From Desulfurococcales archaeon (GTDB lineage Archaea; Thermoproteota; Thermoprotei_A; Sulfolobales; Acidilobaceae): DNA of 47,740 nucleotides. The stretch spans positions 1 through 47,740 of the forward strand of contig JALUZI010000235.1 of assembly GCA_027012045.1 (NCBI GenBank), read 5' to 3'. This document shows positions 37,686 to 47,088 of this stretch, piece after piece. The translations under genes and the position numbers were made by a program. Position 1 is the stretch's first letter. Each line of letters starts with the position of its first letter. Under the pieces are notes generated by a model. That model saw only the letters and a list, made by a program, of their open reading frames with translations. It made no database searches and was not told where the DNA came from.

Positions 37686-39209
37686 GTGGAGTGGAGACAG
37701 GCAGTTTGGAGGGAGCAGTTGATATATGAGTATTCATCGAAGGGTAAAACAGGCATCTTAATAACCGATGATTTAAAGGAAATGGATACAGACCTCCCTG
37801 AAACAGTTAAAAGGAAAAGCAAACTGGAACTCCCTGAGGTGTCCGAGGTAGAGGTCGCGAGGCACTATACCAGGCTTAGCCAAATGTCGTACGGGGTCGA
37901 TTTAGGCCCGGTGCCGCTCGGCAGCTGTACGATGAAATACAACCCTAAAATCAACGAAGACCTAGCTAGCTCTGAAAGAGTCACAATGCTTCACCCCCTA
38001 CAGCCCATGGAGGATGTTCAGGGAATACTGGAGATAATGTACGATCTACAGCAAATGCTTGCATACATAACTGGAATGGACGCCTGCTCCTTGTCTATAC
38101 CAGCGGGCGCCTCGGGAGAACTTGCTGGAGCACTTATGATAAAGAAATACCACAGGGAAACAGGCGGAGAGAACCGTGACGAGATGATTATCCCCGACTC
38201 TGCTCACGGAACAAACCCTGCGAGCGCCCGCATGGCTGGTTTCAAGGTAATTACAATACCATCCAATAATAATGGAACTGTGGATTTGGATGCGTTAAAG
38301 AGCGTTGTAGGTGATAGAACAGCAGGTATAATGTTGACGAACCCGAATACACTCGGCTTGTTCGAGAGAGACATACTTGAAATAGCGAACATCATACACA
38401 GTGCTGGAGGCAAATTGTACTATGATGGTGCCAATCTAAACGGCATACTGGGAATCGCTAGGCCTGGAGATATGGGTTTCGATATAGTCCACATAAACCT
38501 GCATAAAACCTTCTCGACACCTCACGGAGGAGGAGGTCCTGGAGGCGGGGCCGTATGCGCTAAAGGCGAAATGACCGATTACCTCCCCAGACCTATTGTT
38601 AGAAAAGATGAAAAAGGCTACTACATGGACTTCACTTGCTCCAAGTGTATAGGTAGGCTTCACTCGTTCTATGGAAACATACCTGTAGACGTCAAGGCAT
38701 ACGCTTATATTAAGTCTCTAGGAGGAGAGGGCCTTAGAAAAGTCGCCATAACCAGCACGTTAAACACGAATTACTTCATAAAACTCATCGAGAAATCCGG
38801 GGGATACAGCATACCCTACGACCCGAGGGCTCCTCGGAAACACGAGGTTGTAATCAGCGCAGAGCCACTAAAAGAGAAATATGGGATAACAGCGGATGAC
38901 GTTGCTAAATACTTACTGGACAACGGGTTCTACGCTCCAACCATATACTTCCCCCTGATTGTAAAGGAGGCACTGATGATAGAGTTCACTGAAAGCGAGA
39001 CACTCGAAAACATAGAGGAGTATGCTAGAATACTAGAAGAAATAGAGGAAATAGCTAAGGAGAATCCTAGCTTAATCAAAGAATCCCCTAGGAACACTGC
39101 TGTGAGAAGAATAAAGGCTGCCGAGGCCAATAAACCAAAGAATATCATCCCCACATATAGAGTTCTAAGAAGGAAGAAACTAGGAGTAAAAGGATATGAG
39201 AAGTTGTAG
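37686..39209 (+). CDS. gcvPB: Glycine dehydrogenase (decarboxylating) subunit 2
   Basis: PLGSCTMKYNP, SAHGTNPASA, PLP lysine NLHKTFSTPHGGGGPG; start set at GTG 37686 behind GGAGGTG. Confidence 0.97.
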   Translation: MEWRQAVWREQLIYEYSSKGKTGILITDDLKEMDTDLPETVKRKSKLELPEVSEVEVARHYTRLSQMSYGVDLGPVPLGSCTMKYNPKINEDLASSERVTMLHPLQPMEDVQGILEIMYDLQQMLAYITGMDACSLSIPAGASGELAGALMIKKYHRETGGENRDEMIIPDSAHGTNPASARMAGFKVITIPSNNNGTVDLDALKSVVGDRTAGIMLTNPNTLGLFERDILEIANIIHSAGGKLYYDGANLNGILGIARPGDMGFDIVHINLHKTFSTPHGGGGPGGGAVCAKGEMTDYLPRPIVRKDEKGYYMDFTCSKCIGRLHSFYGNIPVDVKAYAYIKSLGGEGLRKVAITSTLNTNYFIKLIEKSGGYSIPYDPRAPRKHEVVISAEPLKEKYGITADDVAKYLLDNGFYAPTIYFPLIVKEALMIEFTESETLENIEEYARILEEIEEIAKENPSLIKESPRNTAVRRIKAAEANKPKNIIPTYRVLRRKKLGVKGYEKL

Positions 39210-39256
39210 GCAATCAATAAAAACCCAGCAGGTTAAATAAAGGGATTCAAGGACGA

Positions 39257-39344
39257 GCGGGGGTGCCCGAGCCTGGTCAAAGGGGTCGGGCTGAGGACCC
39301 GATGGCGTAGGCCTGCGTGGGTTCAAAGCCCACCCCCCGCACCA
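39257..39344 (+). tRNA. tRNA-Leu(GAG), CCA encoded
   Basis: Acceptor stem GCGGGGG/CCCCCGC, anticodon arm TCGGG-CTGAGGA-CCCGA, long variable arm, T arm GTGGG-TTCAAAG-CCCAC, ACCA end; TTAAATAA promoter at about 39233. Confidence 0.96.
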
Positions 39345-39365
39345 TAACACAACCCAAGACTGGGT

Positions 39366-39488
39366 GGGCCCGTCGTCTAGCCTGGTTAGGACGCCGCCCT
39401 TACATGGGGTCCAAGGCCACAATGAACCAGCGCCTTGGACGTCTAGGACAGGCGGAGGTCCGGGGTTCAAGTCCCCGCGGGCCCACCA
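39366..39488 (+). tRNA. tRNA-Val(TAC) with a 45-nt intron at 37/38 (39405-39449), CCA encoded
   Basis: Acceptor stem GGGCCCG/CGGGCCC; removing 39405-39449 restores CCGCC-CTTACAA-GGCGG; bulge-helix-bulge with central helix CUUA/UAGG, bulges CA|U and AC|A, and intron stem GTCCAAGGC/GCCTTGGAC. Confidence 0.95.
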
Positions 39489-39528
39489 AATCTAAATCCT
39501 AATTATATGGCTCCATAGAACCCGCGTG

Positions 39529-39891
39529 TTAATCGCTACTTTTCTGGCTGGACTCTTCGTTCGAGTCGATTAATTGGACTCGAGTAACTGTTCTTGTCTC
39601 CTCGTCGTATTCAGCTATTACATAGGGGTATCTTGTCCTAGTGACCCAGTATACTTTGATGACAGGATGCGTTTCTTCTATTTGTACTTTAACGTTTCTA
39701 TGTGATTCGATGAACTCTTTGACTGTTGGATTGTTCATTGTTTCTCTTATTACGTGACTGTACCGGCTGAGTATTCTATTGGACTCTCTGAAGTTGATTA
39801 TTGTGTAGGCTAGTAGTATGACCAGGAAGGTGAATGCTATTAGTGATAGAGCCTGATAGTCCTGTAACGGGTTCATCCTTCTGTATGGCAC
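39529..39891 (-). CDS. Hypothetical protein with one N-terminal TM helix
   Basis: 120-aa ORF filling the gap; hydrophobic stretch ALSLIAFTFLVILLAYTII; no recognised motif. Confidence 0.6.
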   Translation of the reverse strand: MPYRRMNPLQDYQALSLIAFTFLVILLAYTIINFRESNRILSRYSHVIRETMNNPTVKEFIESHRNVKVQIEETHPVIKVYWVTRTRYPYVIAEYDEETRTVTRVQLIDSNEESSQKSSD

Positions 39892-40062
39892 CCGTGTAAC
39901 CTTTTCTTTAATAATAGTTTTATAGGTGTTGCGGGGAGATTACAGTTATAATTCTCATGTATAGTTATATTTAGATTACTGGATAGTTAACCTTATAACA
40001 GAACATTTTAACTGGGAGTAGATTTAAATAATCCCTAGTAACTCTTCCTTGCGAAGGGTATT

Positions 40063-41493
40063 ATGGGATCCGGCTCAAACTGGGCGGAGAACGAGCATCC
40101 CGAGCTCAAACCCATTCCTGAAAACGAAAGGCCTTATGGAACACTGACATTCTGGTTCATGATGTTCTCGATGAACACGTGCATACCAATGTTCTTCCTA
40201 GGACCCATAGCTAGAAGCCTGAACCTGACGCCTCTAGAGGCAGCTGTAGGGGCGTTAATAGGTAACATAGCAGCGACAATCGTAATGATCCTGAATGGTT
40301 ATCCTGGATGGAAGTATGGTATACCATTCCCAGTACAGCTAAGGCCTTCCTTCGGTAAGAGAGGGATCCACCTGCCAGTGCTTCTCAGGGGGATAGTTGG
40401 AGCTGGCTGGCTCGGGGTCGAGGCCTACGGAGGCTCGTTGGCCATAACAATGATAGCATTATGGGCCTTAGGAATTGATAGAACTACCGTTGTTGGAGAG
40501 GCCTACAAGTATGTCGTAATAGCCCTAATAGCATACATAGCCCTAGCCATTATAGTAACGTCGAAGGGCCTCAAGGGAATAGGCTACGTCGCTAACTATG
40601 GAGGGCCACTGCTACTACTGTACTTCCTCTGGCTACTCCTGTTCTTACACGGGAAAAACATCAACATAACACTACCTGCTGGTGTAGGACTAGGCAGTGC
40701 GGCTTTCATAACCTATGTCGCCGTGCAAACCAACTGGTGGGCTACTGTAGCGTTGAACATATCCGACTTATCCAGAGGTCTCCGGAAAAACAAGACAACA
40801 CTTTGGGGAGGACTTGTAGGAGGACCGATAATCGGAATAGTCCTCGCCCAAGTCTTCGGTACACTGCTAGGATACTACCTAGTGCTTTACACCCAGGCCC
40901 TTTACGGGCAGGGCATAGTGACTCCTCAAGACATTGTAATGGTGGCAGCACCGGGGGCAATAGCGCTGGTTCTAGGAGAGCTCTTCGCGTTCCTCGCTCC
41001 ATTCTCGACCGATGTAACAGCGAACATACCTCCAATAATAGACATACTAACAGCGTCCTTCAAACTCTCAATAAAGAAAGCAGCCCTTATCGCCGGAGTG
41101 ATAGGCTTCATAATAGCTCCCTGGTGGGCAGTGGACAAAGGCCAGGACTACGTGAACTACGTCACCAGTTTCTCAGCTAACTATGGTGTTATACTCGGGC
41201 CTATAGCTGGAATAATGCTGGCGGACTACTATATAATAAGGAAGATGAAGTACACTGAAAGAGAGCTCTACTCTAATACTGGGATCAGGTGGCTGGAGGG
41301 AGTTAACTGGGCAGGAATCACGTCACTAGTACTAGCAATTGCCACTTCATACGTGTATAGCTGGCTGAGAGGGGAACTCCAGTCTGTAGGGTTCCTCGTG
41401 TTCCCCAGCCCGCTCAGCTGGTACATAGGGGTGGTGTCAGGCCTGGTCTACCAAGTGGTACTGTTTAAACTACTCTACAATCGGCCCACATGA
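40063..41493 (+). CDS. NCS1-family nucleobase/allantoin:cation symporter
   Basis: About 12 TM; G.KYGIPFPV.LR.SFG, W.GV, WAT.ALNISD.SR, GPIAGIM.ADYY, G.NWAG. Confidence 0.92.
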   Translation: MGSGSNWAENEHPELKPIPENERPYGTLTFWFMMFSMNTCIPMFFLGPIARSLNLTPLEAAVGALIGNIAATIVMILNGYPGWKYGIPFPVQLRPSFGKRGIHLPVLLRGIVGAGWLGVEAYGGSLAITMIALWALGIDRTTVVGEAYKYVVIALIAYIALAIIVTSKGLKGIGYVANYGGPLLLLYFLWLLLFLHGKNINITLPAGVGLGSAAFITYVAVQTNWWATVALNISDLSRGLRKNKTTLWGGLVGGPIIGIVLAQVFGTLLGYYLVLYTQALYGQGIVTPQDIVMVAAPGAIALVLGELFAFLAPFSTDVTANIPPIIDILTASFKLSIKKAALIAGVIGFIIAPWWAVDKGQDYVNYVTSFSANYGVILGPIAGIMLADYYIIRKMKYTERELYSNTGIRWLEGVNWAGITSLVLAIATSYVYSWLRGELQSVGFLVFPSPLSWYIGVVSGLVYQVVLFKLLYNRPT

Positions 41494-41532
41494 GTAACAC
41501 TGTTTTTTAAGTAAATACCAATGTGAACACTC

Positions 41533-41554
41533 GCCCGGATTAATTATTCCGGGC
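41533..41554. promoter_or_regulatory. Near-perfect 22-bp palindrome upstream of carbamate kinase
   Basis: GCCCGGA-T-TAATTA-T-TCCGGGC (20 of 22 positions symmetric), between a TTTTAAGTA TATA-like element (about 41505) and the SD AGGTG. Confidence 0.45.
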
Positions 41555-41586
41555 ACATAAACATTTCACTCCTAGGTGCGTTATTC

Positions 41587-42549
41587 TTGGCTAAGACGCT
41601 CGTAATAGCACTCGGGGGAAACGCTTTCCTAAGGAAAGGCCAGCCGAAAACCGTGGATCACCAGTGGAAAAACGTGATGCTAGCGGCCAAACAAATAGTA
41701 GACATCTACATGAAAGGATACAGGATCGTCGTAACACACGGCAACGGCCCTCAAGTTGGAATGATAATGGAATGGATGGAATCCCTGAAAGACAGGTATC
41801 CTCCTCTAACAATGGATATAGCGACCGCCATGACCCAGGGATGGCTCGGGTATATGCTGATGCAATCGATAGGTAATGAGCTTGAGAGCCGTGGCGTGGA
41901 TAGGAAGGTAGTATCCATTGTAAACCAGGTGCTTGTGGATAAGGATGACCCTGCTTTCAGTAACCCCACGAAGTTCATAGGAGGATACTACTCGAGGGAA
42001 GAAGCTGAAATGCTGAGTAAAGAGAAAGGGTGGATTATGAAGCCGGATCCTAGAGGAGGTTACAGGAGAGTGGTTCCTAGCCCGACCCCTATTAGGAACA
42101 TTGAGAGAGAGGCGATAACGCGTTTGCTGGAGGAAGAGTATATAGTGATAGCTAGTGGTGGAGGAGGGGTTCCAGTAGTTGAGGAGAACGGTATTCTCAG
42201 AGGAGTAGAGGCGGTTATCGACAAGGATCTAGCGTCTTCTATACTGGCTCAAAACATTTCTGCCGATGGCCTAGTAATAGCCACGGATGTTGAGGGAGTA
42301 TACTTGGATTATGGTACGAGTAAGCAACGTATAATAAGGCGGATAAGCGTTGATGAGTTAGAGAAGCTCTACGAGGAAGGATTGTTCCCGCCGGGAAGCA
42401 TGGGTCCCAAAGTTCGTGCCTGCATAGAGTTTGTTAAGAGAACGGGTAAGTGGGCGGTAATAGGGTCTCTAGAGAACCTGGAGGAGGCTATTACGGGGGA
42501 TGCGGGGACATATATCTACGCGGATCGTTCAGGCTCTTCGGTTCCGTAA
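41587..42549 (+). CDS. arcC: Carbamate kinase (ArcC/CpkA type)
   Basis: VIALGGNA, THGNGPQVG, NPTK.IG, RRVVPSP.P, GGGG.PV, EAVIDKD, GSMGPKV. Confidence 0.96.
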   Translation: MAKTLVIALGGNAFLRKGQPKTVDHQWKNVMLAAKQIVDIYMKGYRIVVTHGNGPQVGMIMEWMESLKDRYPPLTMDIATAMTQGWLGYMLMQSIGNELESRGVDRKVVSIVNQVLVDKDDPAFSNPTKFIGGYYSREEAEMLSKEKGWIMKPDPRGGYRRVVPSPTPIRNIEREAITRLLEEEYIVIASGGGGVPVVEENGILRGVEAVIDKDLASSILAQNISADGLVIATDVEGVYLDYGTSKQRIIRRISVDELEKLYEEGLFPPGSMGPKVRACIEFVKRTGKWAVIGSLENLEEAITGDAGTYIYADRSGSSVP

Positions 42550-42893
42550 ACCATTCTTCTAACGGTTTTGGATCTATTATTGTATAGAACCTCCAGTAAC
42601 ACGGTGAACACTTCTTCTAGCCCAAGCCGGCCTGATAGATCTATGTAGTTATTCCCGATATTATGGAGTGCCGCCAGATGACTACAATGACTCTTCCTTC
42701 CCTCCCCCAATACTTGTATGAAGAACCCGTTGCACGAGCAAAAAGTGTCTTTTATCAGTACATAATCTTCGTCTTGCCCTAGGTAAACGAATATAGGGGG
42801 TTCATCCAGTATCCTCACGAATCTCCTGCCTGCTAGAGCTTCCCCCAGTTTAGCCCTGTCATTCTCGTCTAGCTGGCTCAGGGATCTCCTCAT
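42516..42893 (-). CDS. Small SWIM zinc-finger protein
   Basis: DY....FCSC..F...(x12)..CSHL.A matches the SWIM CxC-xn-CxH pattern; start set at ATG 42893, directly after the rpiA stop. Confidence 0.8.
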   Translation of the reverse strand: MRRSLSQLDENDRAKLGEALAGRRFVRILDEPPIFVYLGQDEDYVLIKDTFCSCNGFFIQVLGEGRKSHCSHLAALHNIGNNYIDLSGRLGLEEVFTVLLEVLYNNRSKTVRRMVYGTEEPERSA

Positions 42894-42894
42894 C

Positions 42895-43617
42895 CTAGAT
42901 ATTGTAACCTGCTCCACGAGACCTTGAGTGTTTTCTGACTTCTCCTCCACCTTTATCCCAGCCCACAACAACATAGTCCGCATAGCCTAGGAATAAACCT
43001 GTCTCAACCAACCCGGGTATACTTCTCAAGCGATCCTCTAAGCCGTACGGATCGCTTATAGGGCCAGTATACAAATCCATTATTACACCGCAGAAATCAC
43101 TTATAACAGGCCCGTCCTTGCCGCCGCTCCTGAAACTATAGTCATAACCCATGTCTCTAACTACCTTCTCCACAGTTCGAAGCATCCATCTATGAACCTC
43201 TATGGGAACAGGCTTCATAGAACCTAGTTTATCCACAATTTTAGACTCGTCCACGACAAATATGTTGACACGGGACTTGTACGCGAGCATCTTCTCTCCC
43301 AGTAAAGCGGCACCCCTACCCTTCACCATGTTACCATAAGGGTCAACCTCGTCTGCCCCGTCTATATAAGCATCTATAGTCTCGACAGTCATGGGGTCGG
43401 TCACAGCTATGCCTTTAGAAGACAGCTTCATTGCAGTGTCAATACTGCTAGGTACCACTATCTTATCATCCAGCATTCCCTGACTAACGAGCAAATCCAC
43501 TATAATAGAAACAGTGGAACCGGTACCCACTCCGATTATTCTAGCATCAGATAAAACTTCCTCGAATTCTTTGACAACTAGAGTTGCGGCCTCTTTTTTA
43601 CCCTTCTCTCCCACCAC
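42895..43617 (-). CDS. rpiA: Ribose-5-phosphate isomerase A
   Basis: IGVGTGST, IDGADEVD, KGRGAALLGEK, PG.VETGLF. Confidence 0.97.
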   Translation of the reverse strand: MVGEKGKKEAATLVVKEFEEVLSDARIIGVGTGSTVSIIVDLLVSQGMLDDKIVVPSSIDTAMKLSSKGIAVTDPMTVETIDAYIDGADEVDPYGNMVKGRGAALLGEKMLAYKSRVNIFVVDESKIVDKLGSMKPVPIEVHRWMLRTVEKVVRDMGYDYSFRSGGKDGPVISDFCGVIMDLYTGPISDPYGLEDRLRSIPGLVETGLFLGYADYVVVGWDKGGGEVRKHSRSRGAGYNI

Positions 43618-43679
43618 TATGCACCTGGGGACACTCGAAAGAGGAGAATTACATGATTCAAAAAAGAATGCTTTACCTG

Positions 43680-44624
43680 TTACTTGCCGAGAAGGTCTCT
43701 CGCCGTTCCGCTAGGGTTAGGAGCTTTCTCCAACAGATCCAGCCAGGCCCATAGACGATCAATATATTCCTCTAGAATCTTCACATCGGAATCCTTGAGA
43801 TGCCTGAACCTGCCCTGGAGCTTAAGGTACTCCTTAAGCGGAACCCTCTTCTCCTTTACACGGTATAGCCTGCTGAAACTGCTTATCTTAAGCTTCCCGT
43901 TATGATACTCGAAGAGCGGCCACATCCCCGTTTTAACAGCAAGCTGGGCTATTTCAGGTGTTAGGCCGGGGTCGAACCTCCAGCCCACAGGGCATGGGGC
44001 ATGTAGATGTATGTACTTGAACCCCTTAACTGTAGCGGCTTTACGTAGCTTCTCAATGAAGTCCTGGGGGTACCCCACGCTAGCAGTGGCAACGTAAGGT
44101 ACGTCATGCGCGATCATAATGAAAGGCACGTTCTTCTTATGCTCCTTCTTACCAGTCCAAGTGGTTGTGGTCCATGCACCGTAGGGTGTGGCTCCGCTTC
44201 TCTGTATTCCTGTGTTCATGTAGGCTTCGTTGTCGACGCAGATGTAGATTATGTCGTCTCCCCTCTCAGCTGCCCCGCTCATGGCTTGTAGACCTATGTC
44301 AGCTGTGCCGCCGTCTCCAGCCCATACAACAACCTGGACATCATCACGGCCGAGCATCTCGAAGCCTGCTTTCATACCGGCTGCTGCCGAGGCTGCTGCT
44401 GCGAATACTATGTTGAGTATTGGGAAGTTAATGCCTGACTTTGGGGATATGCCTTGTATGACACTGCTACAGCCTGCTGGGATAACGAGTACAGCCTTGT
44501 CTCCAAGTGCCATTTTAACATATCTCAGACCCATAGTCTCGGGGCAACCGGGGCAAGCCGCGTTGCCGGGCATGTTGAAGTGTGTTCTGGGGAAATCACG
44601 TAGTTTGACCGGCATATGGATCAC
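43680..44624 (-). CDS. porB: Pyruvate/2-oxoacid:ferredoxin oxidoreductase beta subunit
   Basis: ACPGC, TPP-binding GDGGTADIG...DNEAYMNTG.QRS, PCP.GW. Confidence 0.94.
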   Translation of the reverse strand: MIHMPVKLRDFPRTHFNMPGNAACPGCPETMGLRYVKMALGDKAVLVIPAGCSSVIQGISPKSGINFPILNIVFAAAASAAAGMKAGFEMLGRDDVQVVVWAGDGGTADIGLQAMSGAAERGDDIIYICVDNEAYMNTGIQRSGATPYGAWTTTTWTGKKEHKKNVPFIMIAHDVPYVATASVGYPQDFIEKLRKAATVKGFKYIHLHAPCPVGWRFDPGLTPEIAQLAVKTGMWPLFEYHNGKLKISSFSRLYRVKEKRVPLKEYLKLQGRFRHLKDSDVKILEEYIDRLWAWLDLLEKAPNPSGTARDLLGK

Positions 44625-45859
44625 CTCCTTTCATAACTGAATTTCCCGTAGCCGGGGAGTCTCTCAGGGTACTTCCCCCTGTAGACCTGTGGGATATGCC
44701 AGTAGAGCGGGTCGTAGAACGGGCCGTTCTCCTCTACTTCGTCTATGAAGCTTTTAGTAAGCTCGTAGAACTCGTCTGCTCCAACGTCTACCCCGCCGAG
44801 TCCTGCGATTACTCCTCTAACCGCAGGTAGGTTAGTTGACTCTGCCAGATTCGTCATTGCCTCGGTGAGGAGATGGCCTTTCCCGCCGAAGCTAATGCTT
44901 CTATCGATAAACAATACTCCCTTGGATGTCGAGAGTAGCCTCCTTATTTCCTCGTCGGGCCACGGGCGGAAATATCTAACCCTCAAAACGCCTACACTGT
45001 ATCCCTCATCCCTCAGTTTAAGTACAGCTTCCTTAGCGTCGCCAGACCATGAACCCGCTATGACAATATTATACTTGGAACCGTCACAGTGGAAGCACTC
45101 TACTAATCCTCCATACTTCCTACCGAACACTTCTCCGTATTCATCGTCAACCTCGCTTATAACCTTCTTAGCCTCAACCATAGCCGTCTGGATCGAGTAC
45201 CTCATCATATAGTAGTCCTCGTCCGCGGCAAGGTTACCCATTACGACTCCTGACTCCGGCGTTATGACGTACGGTTGGCGGCGAGGCGGGAGCCACTGGT
45301 CTATCTTCTCCTGGTCCGGTATGTCCACCGGGGCTACTGTATGGGACAATATGAAACCATCCAAACCAACAATCATAGGCAGATACACGCGGGGATCCTC
45401 GGAGATCCTGAACGCCTGTAGCGTTAGGTCGAAGACCTCCTGGTTGTTCTCTGCTATGCTGATTATCCACCCGGAGTCCCTCTGATCCCATATATCGTTA
45501 TGGTCCACGTGAATGTTCCACGGGGGACCGATAGCTCTCGTCACGACACTCATGACTACAGGTATCCTGGCTCCCGCCGTCCACCAGACAACCTCGTGCA
45601 TAAGGAGTAATCCATGGCTGGATGTTGCTGTAAAGCTCCTGGCTCCAGCGGCCGCTGCGCCTAGTGTAGCGGCTAGCGCGGAATGCTCGCTCTCGACTCG
45701 AATCATCTTAGCATTCATCTCACCATGCTCGATCATGTCCGCGAGAGTCTCTACGATCGTTGTCTGCGGCGTTATAGGATAAGCTGCGACAACTTTGACC
45801 CTAGCGGCCTTAACAGCATGGGCGACAGCCTTGTTACCAGTTAAAGTCTTAACCACCAT
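44621..45859 (-). CDS. porA: Pyruvate/2-oxoacid:ferredoxin oxidoreductase alpha subunit
   Basis: AAYPITPQT, VESEHSA, TATSS.GL, DGF.LSH, GLGG.D; start set at ATG 45859. Confidence 0.94.
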   Translation of the reverse strand: MVVKTLTGNKAVAHAVKAARVKVVAAYPITPQTTIVETLADMIEHGEMNAKMIRVESEHSALAATLGAAAAGARSFTATSSHGLLLMHEVVWWTAGARIPVVMSVVTRAIGPPWNIHVDHNDIWDQRDSGWIISIAENNQEVFDLTLQAFRISEDPRVYLPMIVGLDGFILSHTVAPVDIPDQEKIDQWLPPRRQPYVITPESGVVMGNLAADEDYYMMRYSIQTAMVEAKKVISEVDDEYGEVFGRKYGGLVECFHCDGSKYNIVIAGSWSGDAKEAVLKLRDEGYSVGVLRVRYFRPWPDEEIRRLLSTSKGVLFIDRSISFGGKGHLLTEAMTNLAESTNLPAVRGVIAGLGGVDVGADEFYELTKSFIDEVEENGPFYDPLYWHIPQVYRGKYPERLPGYGKFSYERR

Positions 45860-45866
45860 CCCATCG

Positions 45867-46151
45867 TCACCCCTCTGGAACCATGTCAATAGCATTAACA
45901 GGACATACCTTTGCACATATACCGCAGCCTTTACAGTAGTCGTAATCCACGTAAACCATGTCGTCCTCCCTACGTAGAATAGTATCCTCCGGGCAGTACA
46001 GCCAGCACAACAAGCACTTAACACACTTCTCCTCGTTAATAACCGGCTTCTCGTGGCGCCACGTCCCAGTCTTACCTACAGAGCCTGGAGCAGGCTTTGA
46101 GACCGGGGCGATGAACAGGGACTTGGGCTCCTCTACGTTTACATTACTCAA
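45867..46151 (-). CDS. porD: 2-oxoacid:ferredoxin oxidoreductase delta subunit (2x[4Fe-4S])
   Basis: TG.WR..KP, C..C..C...CP and YDYCKGCGICA.VCP. Confidence 0.95.
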   Translation of the reverse strand: MSNVNVEEPKSLFIAPVSKPAPGSVGKTGTWRHEKPVINEEKCVKCLLCWLYCPEDTILRREDDMVYVDYDYCKGCGICAKVCPVNAIDMVPEG

Positions 46152-46218
46152 GCCAAACCCCCTCTCTTAAACCAGAGTAAATAGTATGGGAACAAGGATA
46201 AAACCACGTAACATATAT

Positions 46219-46776
46219 TCATATGCACCTGACCGTGTTCTCGTAAGCTCTCTTGGCAGCCTCAGCGTTAAGCTCTCCCGGCTTCCCAGGCCAGTAAGAC
46301 TTAATCTCGGCTAGTATACTGTCAAGTGAAACGACTGGTGAAGCCTTGACTAGAGCTCCTAGCATACTAGTGTTTACCACAGGCCAACCCGCCACGAACA
46401 ACTTCAGCTCCCTGGCTATTTCCATAGCGTTAACACAGAACAGTGATTGACCCTCCTTTAAGTCAACACTGAAATCTCTCGGAGCATTCACTACTATGAC
46501 ACCATTATCCTTCACACTGCCAGGTATATCAACCAAGTCGAACAGCTCGTGGTCCAATACAACGGCTATATCAGCAGTCTTTATCTGGCTATGCCTCAGG
46601 ATGGGCTTGTCGCTTATTCTCGCGTAAGCCCTGACTGGAGCTCCACGCCTCTCTGCACCGAAATGCGGGAAGGACTGGGACCACTTGCCCTCGCGGACAG
46701 CGGCCCCTGCTAGGATATTAGCGGCGGTTACACCGCCCTGGCCTCCTCTCCCATGGAATACTATTTCAACATACAA
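46219..46776 (-). CDS. porG: 2-oxoacid:ferredoxin oxidoreductase gamma subunit
   Basis: HGRGGQG.VTA, FP.FGAERRGAPV, NT.MLGA. Confidence 0.94.
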   Translation of the reverse strand: MYVEIVFHGRGGQGGVTAANILAGAAVREGKWSQSFPHFGAERRGAPVRAYARISDKPILRHSQIKTADIAVVLDHELFDLVDIPGSVKDNGVIVVNAPRDFSVDLKEGQSLFCVNAMEIARELKLFVAGWPVVNTSMLGALVKASPVVSLDSILAEIKSYWPGKPGELNAEAAKRAYENTVRCI

Positions 46777-47088
46777 GACTGTACCGCCAGTTAAACTAGT
46801 ATTTGGAACTGATTTATGAACATTATCTCATGACGTATCATAGCAGACACAAAGCCATGTGGGCTCCATAGGAAATAAAGGGGTCCCAGATAGCGTTAAT
46901 CCATGAACTTATACGTGTGATTACATGTAATAATGATAATCCCGAGACCCCTATGGTTCTCCTGCAAACATATCAGAACTTATCAGACCACCGAAAATAC
47001 GTTCATAGAGAGAAACAAGATAATTATTGATCATAATACAAAAGAATAACAAAGTACTCTACATTCAATAATATTCCCAACAAAGCAT

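Noticed and set aside
39180..39502. ORFs 39180-39470 and 39317-39502
   Set aside because: They overlap the two tRNA genes and are artefacts of GC-rich RNA genes.
45860..46024. Cys-rich N-terminal extension of PorA in the ORF track
   Set aside because: It is an alternative reading of porD; the real start is ATG 45859.
46965..47036. C/D-like motifs on the minus strand (ATGATCA...ATGA...CTGA)
   Set aside because: Wrong spacing, AT-rich guides and no terminal stem; likely chance.
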